Origin: Clostridia bacterium | GTDB taxonomy: Bacteria > Bacillota > Clostridia > Oscillospirales > CAG-272 | Assembly: GCA_017456005.1 (NCBI GenBank) | Contig: JAFTLJ010000072.1 | Location: forward strand, 74,372-138,371 | Length of the DNA: 64,000 nucleotides | Direction of reading: 5' to 3' | Part shown: piece after piece, positions 8,257 through 16,433 of the stretch | How the letters are laid out: the number at the start of each line of letters is the position of its first letter | How positions within the stretch are numbered: the first letter of the stretch is position 1 | Notes under the pieces: model-generated | Databases searched by the model: none | Told to the model about the DNA's origin: nothing | The model's input: the letters and a program-made list of their open reading frames with translations, nothing else | Position numbers and translations under genes: made by a program

Positions 8257-9201
8257 ATGAGAGAAACACCACTTTATCTTTTTGTAGGCTTTCTTGAAGG
8301 CGGCAAAACAAGATTTATTAACGATACTATTGTCGAAGGTCAGTTTGACGACGGCGAAAAAACGCTCCTTCTTCTTTGCGAGGAGGGAATAGAGGAATTC
8401 GACGAAGAATTTCTTGCGAGCAAAAATATTTCCATAGAGGTTATAGAAGACAAAAGCGAGCTAAACCCCGACCACCTTGAGGTTTTGCAGAAAAAACACG
8501 GTGCTGTCCGTATTCTCTGCGAATACAACGGCATGTGGCTTATAACCGACCTTTTTGCAGCTTTGCCGGATGGCTGGCTTATACCCCAGATAATGATGTT
8601 CTGCGATGCGGAAACCTTTTTCGATTACAACACGAATATGCGTTCGCTCGTTGTAGATAAGCTAAATAACACAGACCTTGTTGTATTCAACCGTTTCTTG
8701 CCAGAATACGATAAAATGGAATATCACAAGATAGTCCGCGGTGTTTCGCGCGGTGTGGAAATTGCATATGAATACCCCGATGGCAACGCGGAATATGACG
8801 ATATCGAAGACCCGCTTCCTTACGATATTGATGCACCCGTTATAGAGGTTGCAGACGAGGATTTTGCTATTTGGTACCGCGACGTTTCCGAGGAGCTTGA
8901 TAAATACCACGGAAAAACGGTTAAAATCAAGGGGCTTGTGGCAAGAAACCCTCAAATACCGAAGGATTCCTTCGTTATAGGCAGAGATATTATGACTTGC
9001 TGTGTGGACGATATCAAATATGCAGGTATGCTTGTAGAAGGAACATCTCGTTTTTCTGCAAAGCACGGCGATTGGATAACCCTTACGGCAAAAATAATTA
9101 TTAAGAACAGCAAGGTATACGGCAGAAAAGGCCCTGTGCTTACAGCAATCTCTGTTGAAAAGGCAGAGGCTCCTGCGCAGCCTGTGGCAACGTTTTATTG
9201 A
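8257..9201 (+). CDS. fusion protein: CobW-like P-loop N-domain plus a DUF1980/TIGR03943-type C-terminal domain
   Basis: N-terminus LYLFVGFLEGGKTRF (Walker A GxxxxGKT). The C-terminus has VIGRDIMTCCVDDIKYAG and ends ...PAQPVATFY, as in the YcgQ/TIGR03943 C-terminal domain. It starts 4 nt after the upstream stop. Confidence 0.75.
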   Translation: MRETPLYLFVGFLEGGKTRFINDTIVEGQFDDGEKTLLLLCEEGIEEFDEEFLASKNISIEVIEDKSELNPDHLEVLQKKHGAVRILCEYNGMWLITDLFAALPDGWLIPQIMMFCDAETFFDYNTNMRSLVVDKLNNTDLVVFNRFLPEYDKMEYHKIVRGVSRGVEIAYEYPDGNAEYDDIEDPLPYDIDAPVIEVADEDFAIWYRDVSEELDKYHGKTVKIKGLVARNPQIPKDSFVIGRDIMTCCVDDIKYAGMLVEGTSRFSAKHGDWITLTAKIIIKNSKVYGRKGPVLTAISVEKAEAPAQPVATFY

Positions 9202-9223
9202 TACTATTTTTATGGAGGACGAT

Positions 9224-10231
9224 ATGGCTCGCAAATTTACACCTGTAGATGAATCTCTTTTTAAAACAGAACCTTGTATTACCCGATACCCCGAAACCAT
9301 ACTTTCCCGCAAGGATGTTCCGTACCCATCTGCGCTCACATTTAACGCAGGCGTGCTTAAACGCGAAAACGGGGAATATATTATGATATTCCGCAACGAT
9401 ATCGGTGATTACGACAAGCAAACGCTGGAGGGAACAAACCTTGGTCTTGCTTTTTCCGACGACGGCTTGCATTGGAAGGTAGAGCCCGAACCCTGTTTTG
9501 CCATGCAGGACGATGAGATCATGCGCATATACGACCCCCGTATAACGGAAATCGACGGAGAATATTGCATTTGCTTTGCTGTGGATACAAAGCATGGTGT
9601 TTGCGGTGGCATGGCTACCACAAAAGACCTTAAAAACTTCGATGTAAAATCCATTTCTGTCCCCGAAAACAGAAATATGGTGCTTTTCCCCGAAAAGATC
9701 AACGGTAAATACGTTCGCCTTGAACGCCCAATGCCCGTTTACTCTCGTGGGGGCGACAAATTTGATATTTGGCTTTCCGAATCGCCCGACCTTGTGTATT
9801 GGGGCAATTCCAAGCTTGTGCTCGCTACGGAGGACGTGCCTTACTGCAACGATAAGATAGGCCCCGGTGCGCCGCCCATTAAAACGGACAAAGGCTGGCT
9901 TATAATTTTCCATTCCGTAGACGTAGACCCGGAGCGCGGAAAGCGCGGCTGGGAAGCGGCATGGAAAAAGCGCTACGTTATAGGCGTGGCACTGCTTGAC
10001 CTTGAAGATCCTTCAAAGGTTATCGGTATGAGCAAAAAACCGCTTATTGTACCCGAAGGGTACTGGGAAACGGAGGAAGGCTTCCGCACGCACGCGCTTT
10101 TCCCCTGCGGTATGCTTCTTGAAGATGACAATACCGTGCGCATTTACTACAGCGCGAGTGATGCTATCGTAAGAATGGCAAGCGCGAAGCTCGAAGATCT
10201 GCTGGCGCTTTGTACAGATCCTAGAAAATAA
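9224..10231 (+). CDS. GH130-family glycoside (beta-mannoside-type) phosphorylase
   Basis: Motifs AFNAGV-like TFNAGV, LAFSDDGLHW, YDPRITEIDGEY, NRNMVLFPEKINGKY and GWLIIFHSV. ATG 9224 follows GGAGGA; the ORF-track start 9155 overlaps the upstream gene. Confidence 0.85.
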   Translation: MARKFTPVDESLFKTEPCITRYPETILSRKDVPYPSALTFNAGVLKRENGEYIMIFRNDIGDYDKQTLEGTNLGLAFSDDGLHWKVEPEPCFAMQDDEIMRIYDPRITEIDGEYCICFAVDTKHGVCGGMATTKDLKNFDVKSISVPENRNMVLFPEKINGKYVRLERPMPVYSRGGDKFDIWLSESPDLVYWGNSKLVLATEDVPYCNDKIGPGAPPIKTDKGWLIIFHSVDVDPERGKRGWEAAWKKRYVIGVALLDLEDPSKVIGMSKKPLIVPEGYWETEEGFRTHALFPCGMLLEDDNTVRIYYSASDAIVRMASAKLEDLLALCTDPRK

Positions 10232-10237
10232 TATTAA

Positions 10238-10269
10238 CCCGCAAGTTAATTACTTGCGGGTTTTCTTTT
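10238..10269. terminator. bidirectional terminator between convergent genes
   Basis: CCCGCAAGT/ACTTGCGGG stem followed by TTTTCTTTT. Confidence 0.8.
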
Positions 10270-11074
10270 ATCTATGCGAATATCTTGTGCCGGGCAAAGG
10301 CTCGCCCAAAAGCTCTGTGATGGTGACAACCTCATAGCCTTCGGCATCAAGACGCTCTAGGATTATTTTCAAGGCTTCATAGGTGTTTTCGTAAATATCG
10401 TGCATAAGAATAATGTCGCCTTCTTTTACAGTGGACATAACGTTTTGCACTATAGTTTCCACGTTTTCTTTTTGCTCGCTTGCACTATCGTTACCTTTGT
10501 GCTTGTAATCGAGAGAATCTACGTTCCAAGTTATAATAGAGTAGGGGCTTGCTTCTATACGCTCCTGCGAAATGCTGCCGCCTATGGGGCGCATAAGCGT
10601 GGCTTCATAGCCGGAACAGAATTTTTTAATAGCCGCCACGGTTTCGCTCATTTCATACTGATATTCTGCATCGGAACAGTTTTTGTAGTTTTCGAGGTGA
10701 GTATATCCGTGTATGCCGAGCTCGTGCCCGTTTCTGAAAAGGTAGAGGGCTGTGCTGCTGCCGTTATAAACTCTTTTTTCGCCGCCTATGCGATTGCCTA
10801 CAACGAAAAACGTGGCGTGAAAGCCGTATTTTGCTAGCTCGTCGGCTATTGCCACTGTCCACACGTTGTGGGGGCCGTCGTCGAATGTTATTGCCACGCG
10901 CTTTTTGGGTTCGGGCGGTGTAACGGAAGTGGTGCTTGATGTGGTGGAGGAGGTTTGTGTTGTTGCCGAGCTCGCAGTGGTAACGCTCGGTGTTTTACCG
11001 CCGCAGGATGTAAGAAAGCATATCGCGGCTATATATAAAAGTAAAAACGTTCTAAAAAATTTCTTTATTCTCAT
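10268..11074 (-). CDS. polysaccharide deacetylase (NodB/CE4) lipoprotein
   Basis: Signal/lipobox MRIKKFFRTFLLLYIAAICFLTSCGG, a Ser/Thr-rich linker, and NodB motifs TFDDGP and HGYTH. The start was moved to ATG 11074. Confidence 0.85.
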   Translation of the reverse strand: MRIKKFFRTFLLLYIAAICFLTSCGGKTPSVTTASSATTQTSSTTSSTTSVTPPEPKKRVAITFDDGPHNVWTVAIADELAKYGFHATFFVVGNRIGGEKRVYNGSSTALYLFRNGHELGIHGYTHLENYKNCSDAEYQYEMSETVAAIKKFCSGYEATLMRPIGGSISQERIEASPYSIITWNVDSLDYKHKGNDSASEQKENVETIVQNVMSTVKEGDIILMHDIYENTYEALKIILERLDAEGYEVVTITELLGEPLPGTRYSHR

Positions 11075-11116
11075 TTGTTTCCTTGTTTGGTACGGTGGTG
11101 GGTTTGCTACATTAAC

Positions 11117-11145
11117 AGTATAGCATTCCCAAAAGAGTTTTTCAA
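11117..11145 (-). promoter_or_regulatory. sigma-A-type promoter of the deacetylase gene
   Basis: On the minus strand: TTGAAA, 17 nt, TATACT. Confidence 0.5.
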
Positions 11146-11160
11146 GTGGAAAAACAGAAA

Positions 11161-11167
11161 TGTCGAA
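11161..11167. promoter_or_regulatory. Spo0A-box-like heptamer TGTCGAA, 16 nt upstream of the -35
   Basis: Exact match to the 0A-box core. A 7-mer is expected about 8 times by chance in 64 kb counting both strands, so this is weak evidence alone. Confidence 0.3.
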
Positions 11168-11179
11168 AAATGTTAACAT

Positions 11180-11218
11180 TTGTAAAACCGAAAAGAGCAC
11201 GGCTTGCGCCGTACTCTT
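11180..11218 (-). terminator. rho-independent terminator after the CE7 esterase gene
   Basis: On the minus strand: AAGAGTACGGC-GCAA-GCCGTGCTCTT, then TTCGGTTTT. Confidence 0.7.
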
Positions 11219-11225
11219 TAAGCTG

Positions 11226-12410
11226 TTATTTTTCGTAAACAGGGAAGTTTACCTTAAATTCTTCTGCTTCAGGGGATTGATATAGATGTATTTTATTCTG
11301 AATTACACGCATTTCCTTGTGTGTGGGAATAGCGTTATAGAAAGAGAAAATACCCGTGGGGTGGCAAGTATAGTCGCCAAGGCCGGCCATAAGCTTAACG
11401 GGTGCCGTTATGCGTGTAGCAAGATTCGTAAGGTCGTAATACGCTATGCCGCGAATAAACTGTGGGTCGCCATAGCGTATTCTGCCGATAGAAGCCGCGT
11501 TAATATCGCAAAGCCACGGAATATATATATCGAGCAGGTTTGTTTCTGGAACGAGCGTGGAAGCAACCGTCGCCTGGAAAGCGCCCTGGCTGCCGCCGTG
11601 CAAAATAAGCTCTCCGTTGAAGTTATCGAGCGTCTGCACAAATCTTGCGGCTTGTGCGGCACGAAGGGCCATATATTTAAAATAACATTTTTCGGGATCC
11701 TTGTTCTTTTCCGTGACAAGGCCGTAGTCTTTAAGTCGTGTCTGAGCGAGCTTCTGGTAGTATTCGTCGGGTCTGCCGTTTTCTATACCGTGGGCGTTTA
11801 TGTAGAAGATGATTTTATCTTCCTGGCAGCTTATTGGTGCAGGCACTACACCATAGCCCTTATAGCAAACGTACGCCGGGAATTTGCCTTCCTTTTTGGG
11901 GGCTGTGAGGTAACCCGAAACAGGCATCGGACCGGGGGCTTTTATCTTCATATCGTAGATATAAAAATCGGGGTACTCTTCTTTAACTATTTCTTTATAG
12001 CCTATCGTTTCCACGTCTGTGGCGTAGAGCTCTTTTTTGCAGTTTTCCCAGAATTCCGTAAAATCCTCCGGCATAGGTGTCGTCGTGCGAAGGGTTTCGA
12101 CCTCTGCGCCGGCGCCGCCCTCGAAATCATCGCAATCCTCGAGCTTTTCGCCGTTTGCATCGAGCGCACGGCAGATAACGCGCGCAAAGCCGGGATTGTT
12201 CATAACGGTCTCGAGTGTTATAGTGCCGCTTTCGCCGCTTGCAGTTCCTTCTATTTTGTCTTCAAAATCGCGTTCTATGGTATAATAGAATGTGTGGCAG
12301 GTTATTTTTTTGCCTTCTTCACGAAGCTCAAGGTCGAAAACCATCTTTTCGCCTGTTTTGTACTCTACGGGGTGACTATTTGTTTTACAAAAAAAATATT
12401 TCTTTCCCAT
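11226..12410 (-). CDS. CE7-family acetyl esterase (acetylxylan esterase / cephalosporin-C deacetylase type)
   Basis: Nucleophile elbow HGGSQGA (GxSQG) and the ~390-aa size are typical of CE7. Confidence 0.85.
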   Translation of the reverse strand: MGKKYFFCKTNSHPVEYKTGEKMVFDLELREEGKKITCHTFYYTIERDFEDKIEGTASGESGTITLETVMNNPGFARVICRALDANGEKLEDCDDFEGGAGAEVETLRTTTPMPEDFTEFWENCKKELYATDVETIGYKEIVKEEYPDFYIYDMKIKAPGPMPVSGYLTAPKKEGKFPAYVCYKGYGVVPAPISCQEDKIIFYINAHGIENGRPDEYYQKLAQTRLKDYGLVTEKNKDPEKCYFKYMALRAAQAARFVQTLDNFNGELILHGGSQGAFQATVASTLVPETNLLDIYIPWLCDINAASIGRIRYGDPQFIRGIAYYDLTNLATRITAPVKLMAGLGDYTCHPTGIFSFYNAIPTHKEMRVIQNKIHLYQSPEAEEFKVNFPVYEK

Positions 12411-12425
12411 TTTTGTTTATTCCTT

Positions 12426-13574
12426 TCACAAAAGTTTTTTCTTTATGTATTTTACGGTTTTTTCAGATGTGCCTTTGTCAAATTTTTCGTATTCATCGAA
12501 ATTGCTGAATGTTCCGCCCTCGTTAGAGGACCAACCGATAAGCCATTTGTTTTTCTGTTCTTCGGAAAGTGTATCGCTATCGGATTTGAATTTGAAAATA
12601 TGGAAACTCTCTTTTTTTACATCGGTTTTCCCGATATACTCTATTTCATCCGGGGCTTTACCCAGCTCTGTGGGGTATGTGAGCCAATGCACAAGGTCGC
12701 TTTTTGCTAGGTATTCCTCGTTTGCAAGCTCGGTGGGGAAGCGCTCGGTTTTGTTATGCTGATGAAGTAATCCGTACAGGTTATCCGCATATATCAGATC
12801 GCCGGCAAGTGTGTTTATTATGTCCTGCGGAATTTCTTCATTTGCGGCAAGGAGCGATGAAACGGAATAAAAACTCAAATTATTTTTGCCGAGAGTCATA
12901 ACCTCCCGGAGCGAAGCCTTTATAGAGTCGTTTATGAAATATTTGCAAATGTCGCAAGCGTGTTCAAGCGCGTCCTCGGCATCTTCGTTCAAAGCGTCAC
13001 GCAAATTTATATAGCGTACCATTTCGGCCGCTATGTAGCTCGAAAGCTCTTCCTTGGAGCTTTCAAGCAGATGCGGAAGATTTTCTCTGTAATGAAGCAA
13101 GCCTGCATAAAGAAGCCCTTTTTCATATTCGTCTGTAGACTCCGAAAGAGTTTTCAAGAGGTTTTTGACGTCAACTATGGAAACTATTTTTTGAGAAAAA
13201 ATATCGTCTATAGCTTTTTCTATATGCATTTCTTTTTCCATAAGCTGGCTTGTATTTTTTATTATTTCCATATTTTTAAGAGAAATTTCCGCAGGGTTTT
13301 GGTGTACAGTCATTATTAAGGCAAAAAGCTTATCCGTATACATAAAGATCAAGCTTTTTTCTTTATACGTTTTTGCCTCCGCGACCAAACTGCCTATGCT
13401 TTTCATTTCACTTATAATGAAATCGGAAATCAGCGCTTTGTTTGAATCGGTAAGTTTTATTCGCTTGCTTTTGAGAAAAGCATATATCATAGCGATCATC
13501 TGCGTTTTTTCATCATAATCATTGTTTTGCTTTATGTCTGATATAAGAGACGTAAGCAAATTTGTTTCTGCCAT
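12426..13574 (-). CDS. hypothetical protein (helical; no recognised domain)
   Basis: Long ORF 15 nt upstream of the CE7 gene. The start is ambiguous between ATG 13589, 13580 and 13574; 13574 has the best GGGTGG spacing. Confidence 0.6.
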   Translation of the reverse strand: MAETNLLTSLISDIKQNNDYDEKTQMIAMIYAFLKSKRIKLTDSNKALISDFIISEMKSIGSLVAEAKTYKEKSLIFMYTDKLFALIMTVHQNPAEISLKNMEIIKNTSQLMEKEMHIEKAIDDIFSQKIVSIVDVKNLLKTLSESTDEYEKGLLYAGLLHYRENLPHLLESSKEELSSYIAAEMVRYINLRDALNEDAEDALEHACDICKYFINDSIKASLREVMTLGKNNLSFYSVSSLLAANEEIPQDIINTLAGDLIYADNLYGLLHQHNKTERFPTELANEEYLAKSDLVHWLTYPTELGKAPDEIEYIGKTDVKKESFHIFKFKSDSDTLSEEQKNKWLIGWSSNEGGTFSNFDEYEKFDKGTSEKTVKYIKKKLL

Positions 13575-13622
13575 TAACATACCACCCATTCAATAAAATA
13601 TTATTTAAATCATAACAAAGAT

Positions 13623-13651
13623 ATTTTAACATATTTATCCGTAAATATCAA
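13623..13651 (-). promoter_or_regulatory. sigma-A-type promoter
   Basis: On the minus strand: TTGATA, 17 nt, TAAAAT. Confidence 0.5.
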
Positions 13652-13661
13652 TAGCAAACAC

Positions 13662-13691
13662 AAAACACGGCAATTTTAATTGCCGTGTTTT
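13662..13691 (-). terminator. terminator after the cyclophilin/M6 operon
   Basis: AAAACACGGCAATT/AATTGCCGTGTTTT palindrome with flanking T and A runs. Confidence 0.75.
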
Positions 13692-13697
13692 GAAGTT

Positions 13698-14903
13698 TTA
13701 ATCTATTACCTTTATATATTCGATAACAGGCTGGTATTCTTCCTTTAGGAAGCCCATATTATAGCCGCTGGAGTTTTCTTCGAATGCGTGGAACATTGTG
13801 TTGCTTTCGATATATTCGAGTATATTCATGCCGGAGGTTACCCAGCCGAAAGCGGCATAATCGCCGTTAAGGTGCGAAGCGTTGTCGAGCATAATGAAGA
13901 ACTGGTTCGAGGCGCTGTCGGGCTTGGAGGAACGAGCCATGGAAAGTATGCCTTTTCTGTGGAGAAGGCCGTTCGGCACACCGTTGGAGGAAAATTCGCC
14001 TTTGATGGCGTCGGTTTCTGCGCCACCGCCAATCTGAACAACAAAATCATAATTCATTCTTATGATGTTAAGACCATCGTAATAGCCGCTGTTCACAAGC
14101 TTCAAGAAGTTTTGAACCGTTATTGGTGCAACCGTTTCGTCGAGAACCATTGTAATTTTGCCATAACCTTTAAGCGACATTTCTACGGTATGAAGAGTGT
14201 GACCCTCCGTATTTACGGAAACAGAAGGGCTGAAAGGCTCTGCTTCTGTGGGCGCGCCTTCTATTTCGGGTATTTCCACACCGTTGTTTCCGGTAACCTT
14301 CATTTCGCTTATTGTAAGCTGAGATTTAGCATCGAGGAAGCCGTTTTGGTCAATATAGGAATCTGTTGAAATATCATCTTCTATTGCTTCGAGTATATTC
14401 ATTCCCGCTGTTACCCAGCCGAAGCCTGCATACGAGCCGTCGAGGTATGAATTATCATCAAGCATGATGAAAAATTGGTCGGAAGCACTGTTCATAGAAA
14501 TGCCGTTTCTCGCCATGGAAAGCACGCCTTTTTTGTGGAGAAGGTCGTTTTTTACGCCGTTTTCCGCAAATTCACCTTTTATACAATCTGTTCCTTCGCC
14601 GCCTGCGTTCTGCATAACGAAGCCGTGCTGAAGACGGGAGATTTTTGTGTTATTAAAATAACCGCTGTTTACAAGGCTTAGAAAATTCGTAACCGTTATG
14701 GGAGCTACACTGGCGTCGAGTGTAAGGCTTACTGTGCCGTAGTTCTTTATTGTCATTTCAACGTAATGTAGGCTGTGGCCTTCGGTATCGACGGAAATGT
14801 TTGCCTCGAAAGGCTTTGCTGCCATTTCACCTCCGCAAGAAACGAGCGAAAGCGTAAGGCATACGAGCATTATTACAAGTGTGCAAGATATAATTTTTTT
14901 CAT
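13698..14903 (-). CDS. lipoprotein with two tandem cyclophilin-type peptidyl-prolyl isomerase domains
   Basis: Lipobox LSLVSCGG. There are two homologous ~165-aa units, each with VAPITV.NFL.LVNSGY...GVLSMAR...SASDQFFIML...FGWVT.GMNILE. Confidence 0.9.
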   Translation of the reverse strand: MKKIISCTLVIMLVCLTLSLVSCGGEMAAKPFEANISVDTEGHSLHYVEMTIKNYGTVSLTLDASVAPITVTNFLSLVNSGYFNNTKISRLQHGFVMQNAGGEGTDCIKGEFAENGVKNDLLHKKGVLSMARNGISMNSASDQFFIMLDDNSYLDGSYAGFGWVTAGMNILEAIEDDISTDSYIDQNGFLDAKSQLTISEMKVTGNNGVEIPEIEGAPTEAEPFSPSVSVNTEGHTLHTVEMSLKGYGKITMVLDETVAPITVQNFLKLVNSGYYDGLNIIRMNYDFVVQIGGGAETDAIKGEFSSNGVPNGLLHRKGILSMARSSKPDSASNQFFIMLDNASHLNGDYAAFGWVTSGMNILEYIESNTMFHAFEENSSGYNMGFLKEEYQPVIEYIKVID

Positions 14904-14911
14904 TTTTGGGG

Positions 14912-16369
14912 TTAATCCTCTGTTCTTGTTATTTTCACTTTCATTTCTGCGCCGGCTTCATCGAGCACTTCTACGCAGAGATTCCATTTTTCGCTTACAC
15001 CTTCGGGGAAAGAGTTGAGCGAGTAGGAATGGGAAGCCGCGCCGCAATAGTCGCGAGAATTGAATATTGCTGTTTTGGGGTCTTCCGATTTATAGAAGAA
15101 GGGAATTGCTTTGGGATCAGTATCATCGTAAAGAGGGCCAAATTTTACAAAATTGCCGTTTTCATCGAGTATTTTTTCCATGCCGTCGCGCGGTTTTATA
15201 GCAACGCCGAGGTCGTGGCGTTCACCGTTCGGGCGGTTGGAGGAAACACACTGCGCTTTCCAAAACCATTTTTTGTTTATGGCTTCATCTATGTGCCAAA
15301 CCACAACGCCGCCCTTGGTTTCATCATAGGTAAGAAACTCTTCGAAGCCCTCTTTAAGGCGAATTTCGCAAAGGTAATATTCGTCGGGGTTGGGTGTGGG
15401 AATTTTGAGAATATTATTTTTGCCCGAACGCACGGAATAGAGCGTGTAAACACCATCTTCCGTAGCCTCCTCCGCCTTTGCCCAATCGAAAAGCAGGCGC
15501 TGGTAGGGGTCCATATATGTAGGGGTGTTACCGCCGTTTGAATGGTTGCCACTGGACATGATAGAGAAGCGGCGTGGCGTGGGCCAGCGTTTTTCCGCAT
15601 CTTCCGGAGGGGTATAGCGAGAGTACATATCCTGTGCGCCAAGATTGTGCGCAAGCTCGTGCGCGGGCGTGCCGATCGTCATGCCTTTCATATCGATTCT
15701 TCTGTGCTCGCCTACGTTAGAGAAGCAGGTAAGGTGTATACCGTCGCGCGTTTCGACCGTGATATGCTGGCTTGTGCCGTGCACCATAAAACGCGCGCGA
15801 GGGTCGGGTGCATTTTCATAGTCCGGCGCTTCGTAGCTCTTGTCGCCGCGCTGTGTGGAATGGTCATAGCCTGCGTTTAGAATTATTATAGCAAATTCAT
15901 CGGGGGTTACTCTGCCGTCATCGTCTGTATCGTACTGGTTAAAGTCGATATAAAGTTCGCACATTTCAACTATATCGTGAATTGCCTTCTGTGCGGCGCT
16001 CTTGTTCGAAAAACCTTTGAAGTTTCTGAGAGCTGCGGGGTGTGGGAAAGGAACAGCTATTTTTATAACGCCTTTATCCATATCGAGTCTTTGCGGGTGG
16101 TCGATTTTTGCGGGGTAGAACCAGAAGTTTCCACAGGTCATCTCCTTGTAATAATCTGTAAGAGAAGCTCCGTTTTCTCCAAAAAATCTTTCGTAAACTT
16201 CCATAGGGTCAGAAGTTGTCCATTGCTCGCCATAGTAGGGGCTTGTGGGGTCTGTAAGGAGCTCGGGATTTTCTGGATCGAAATGGTCCACTCCTTCGCC
16301 GCTGGGATCGTAGCTTGCGAGAACGATAAGAAGAGGGGTTGGTTCTTTTCTTTTGATGATTTTTCTCAT
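14912..16369 (-). CDS. M6-family (immune inhibitor A-like) metalloprotease domain protein
   Basis: HExxH motif in TPAHELAHNLG. The layout is M6-like. It lies 8 nt upstream of the PPIase gene. Confidence 0.8.
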   Translation of the reverse strand: MRKIIKRKEPTPLLIVLASYDPSGEGVDHFDPENPELLTDPTSPYYGEQWTTSDPMEVYERFFGENGASLTDYYKEMTCGNFWFYPAKIDHPQRLDMDKGVIKIAVPFPHPAALRNFKGFSNKSAAQKAIHDIVEMCELYIDFNQYDTDDDGRVTPDEFAIIILNAGYDHSTQRGDKSYEAPDYENAPDPRARFMVHGTSQHITVETRDGIHLTCFSNVGEHRRIDMKGMTIGTPAHELAHNLGAQDMYSRYTPPEDAEKRWPTPRRFSIMSSGNHSNGGNTPTYMDPYQRLLFDWAKAEEATEDGVYTLYSVRSGKNNILKIPTPNPDEYYLCEIRLKEGFEEFLTYDETKGGVVVWHIDEAINKKWFWKAQCVSSNRPNGERHDLGVAIKPRDGMEKILDENGNFVKFGPLYDDTDPKAIPFFYKSEDPKTAIFNSRDYCGAASHSYSLNSFPEGVSEKWNLCVEVLDEAGAEMKVKITRTED

Positions 16370-16433
16370 AAGATTGCCTTCCTTTTTGTTAAAAGTTGTT
16401 TATATGTTTATGAAAAATAATAAAGTAATTGGT

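Noticed and set aside
11286-12710. A 474-aa plus-strand ORF spanning two minus-strand genes.
   Set aside because: It is a codon-aligned shadow of the CE7 esterase and the neighbouring hypothetical gene, which share a phase. Its composition is nonsensical and it has no translation signals. The same reasoning applies to 8662-9396, 9140-9913, 30266-31135, 39068-39901, 46297-47160, 56871-57635 and 59991-60758.
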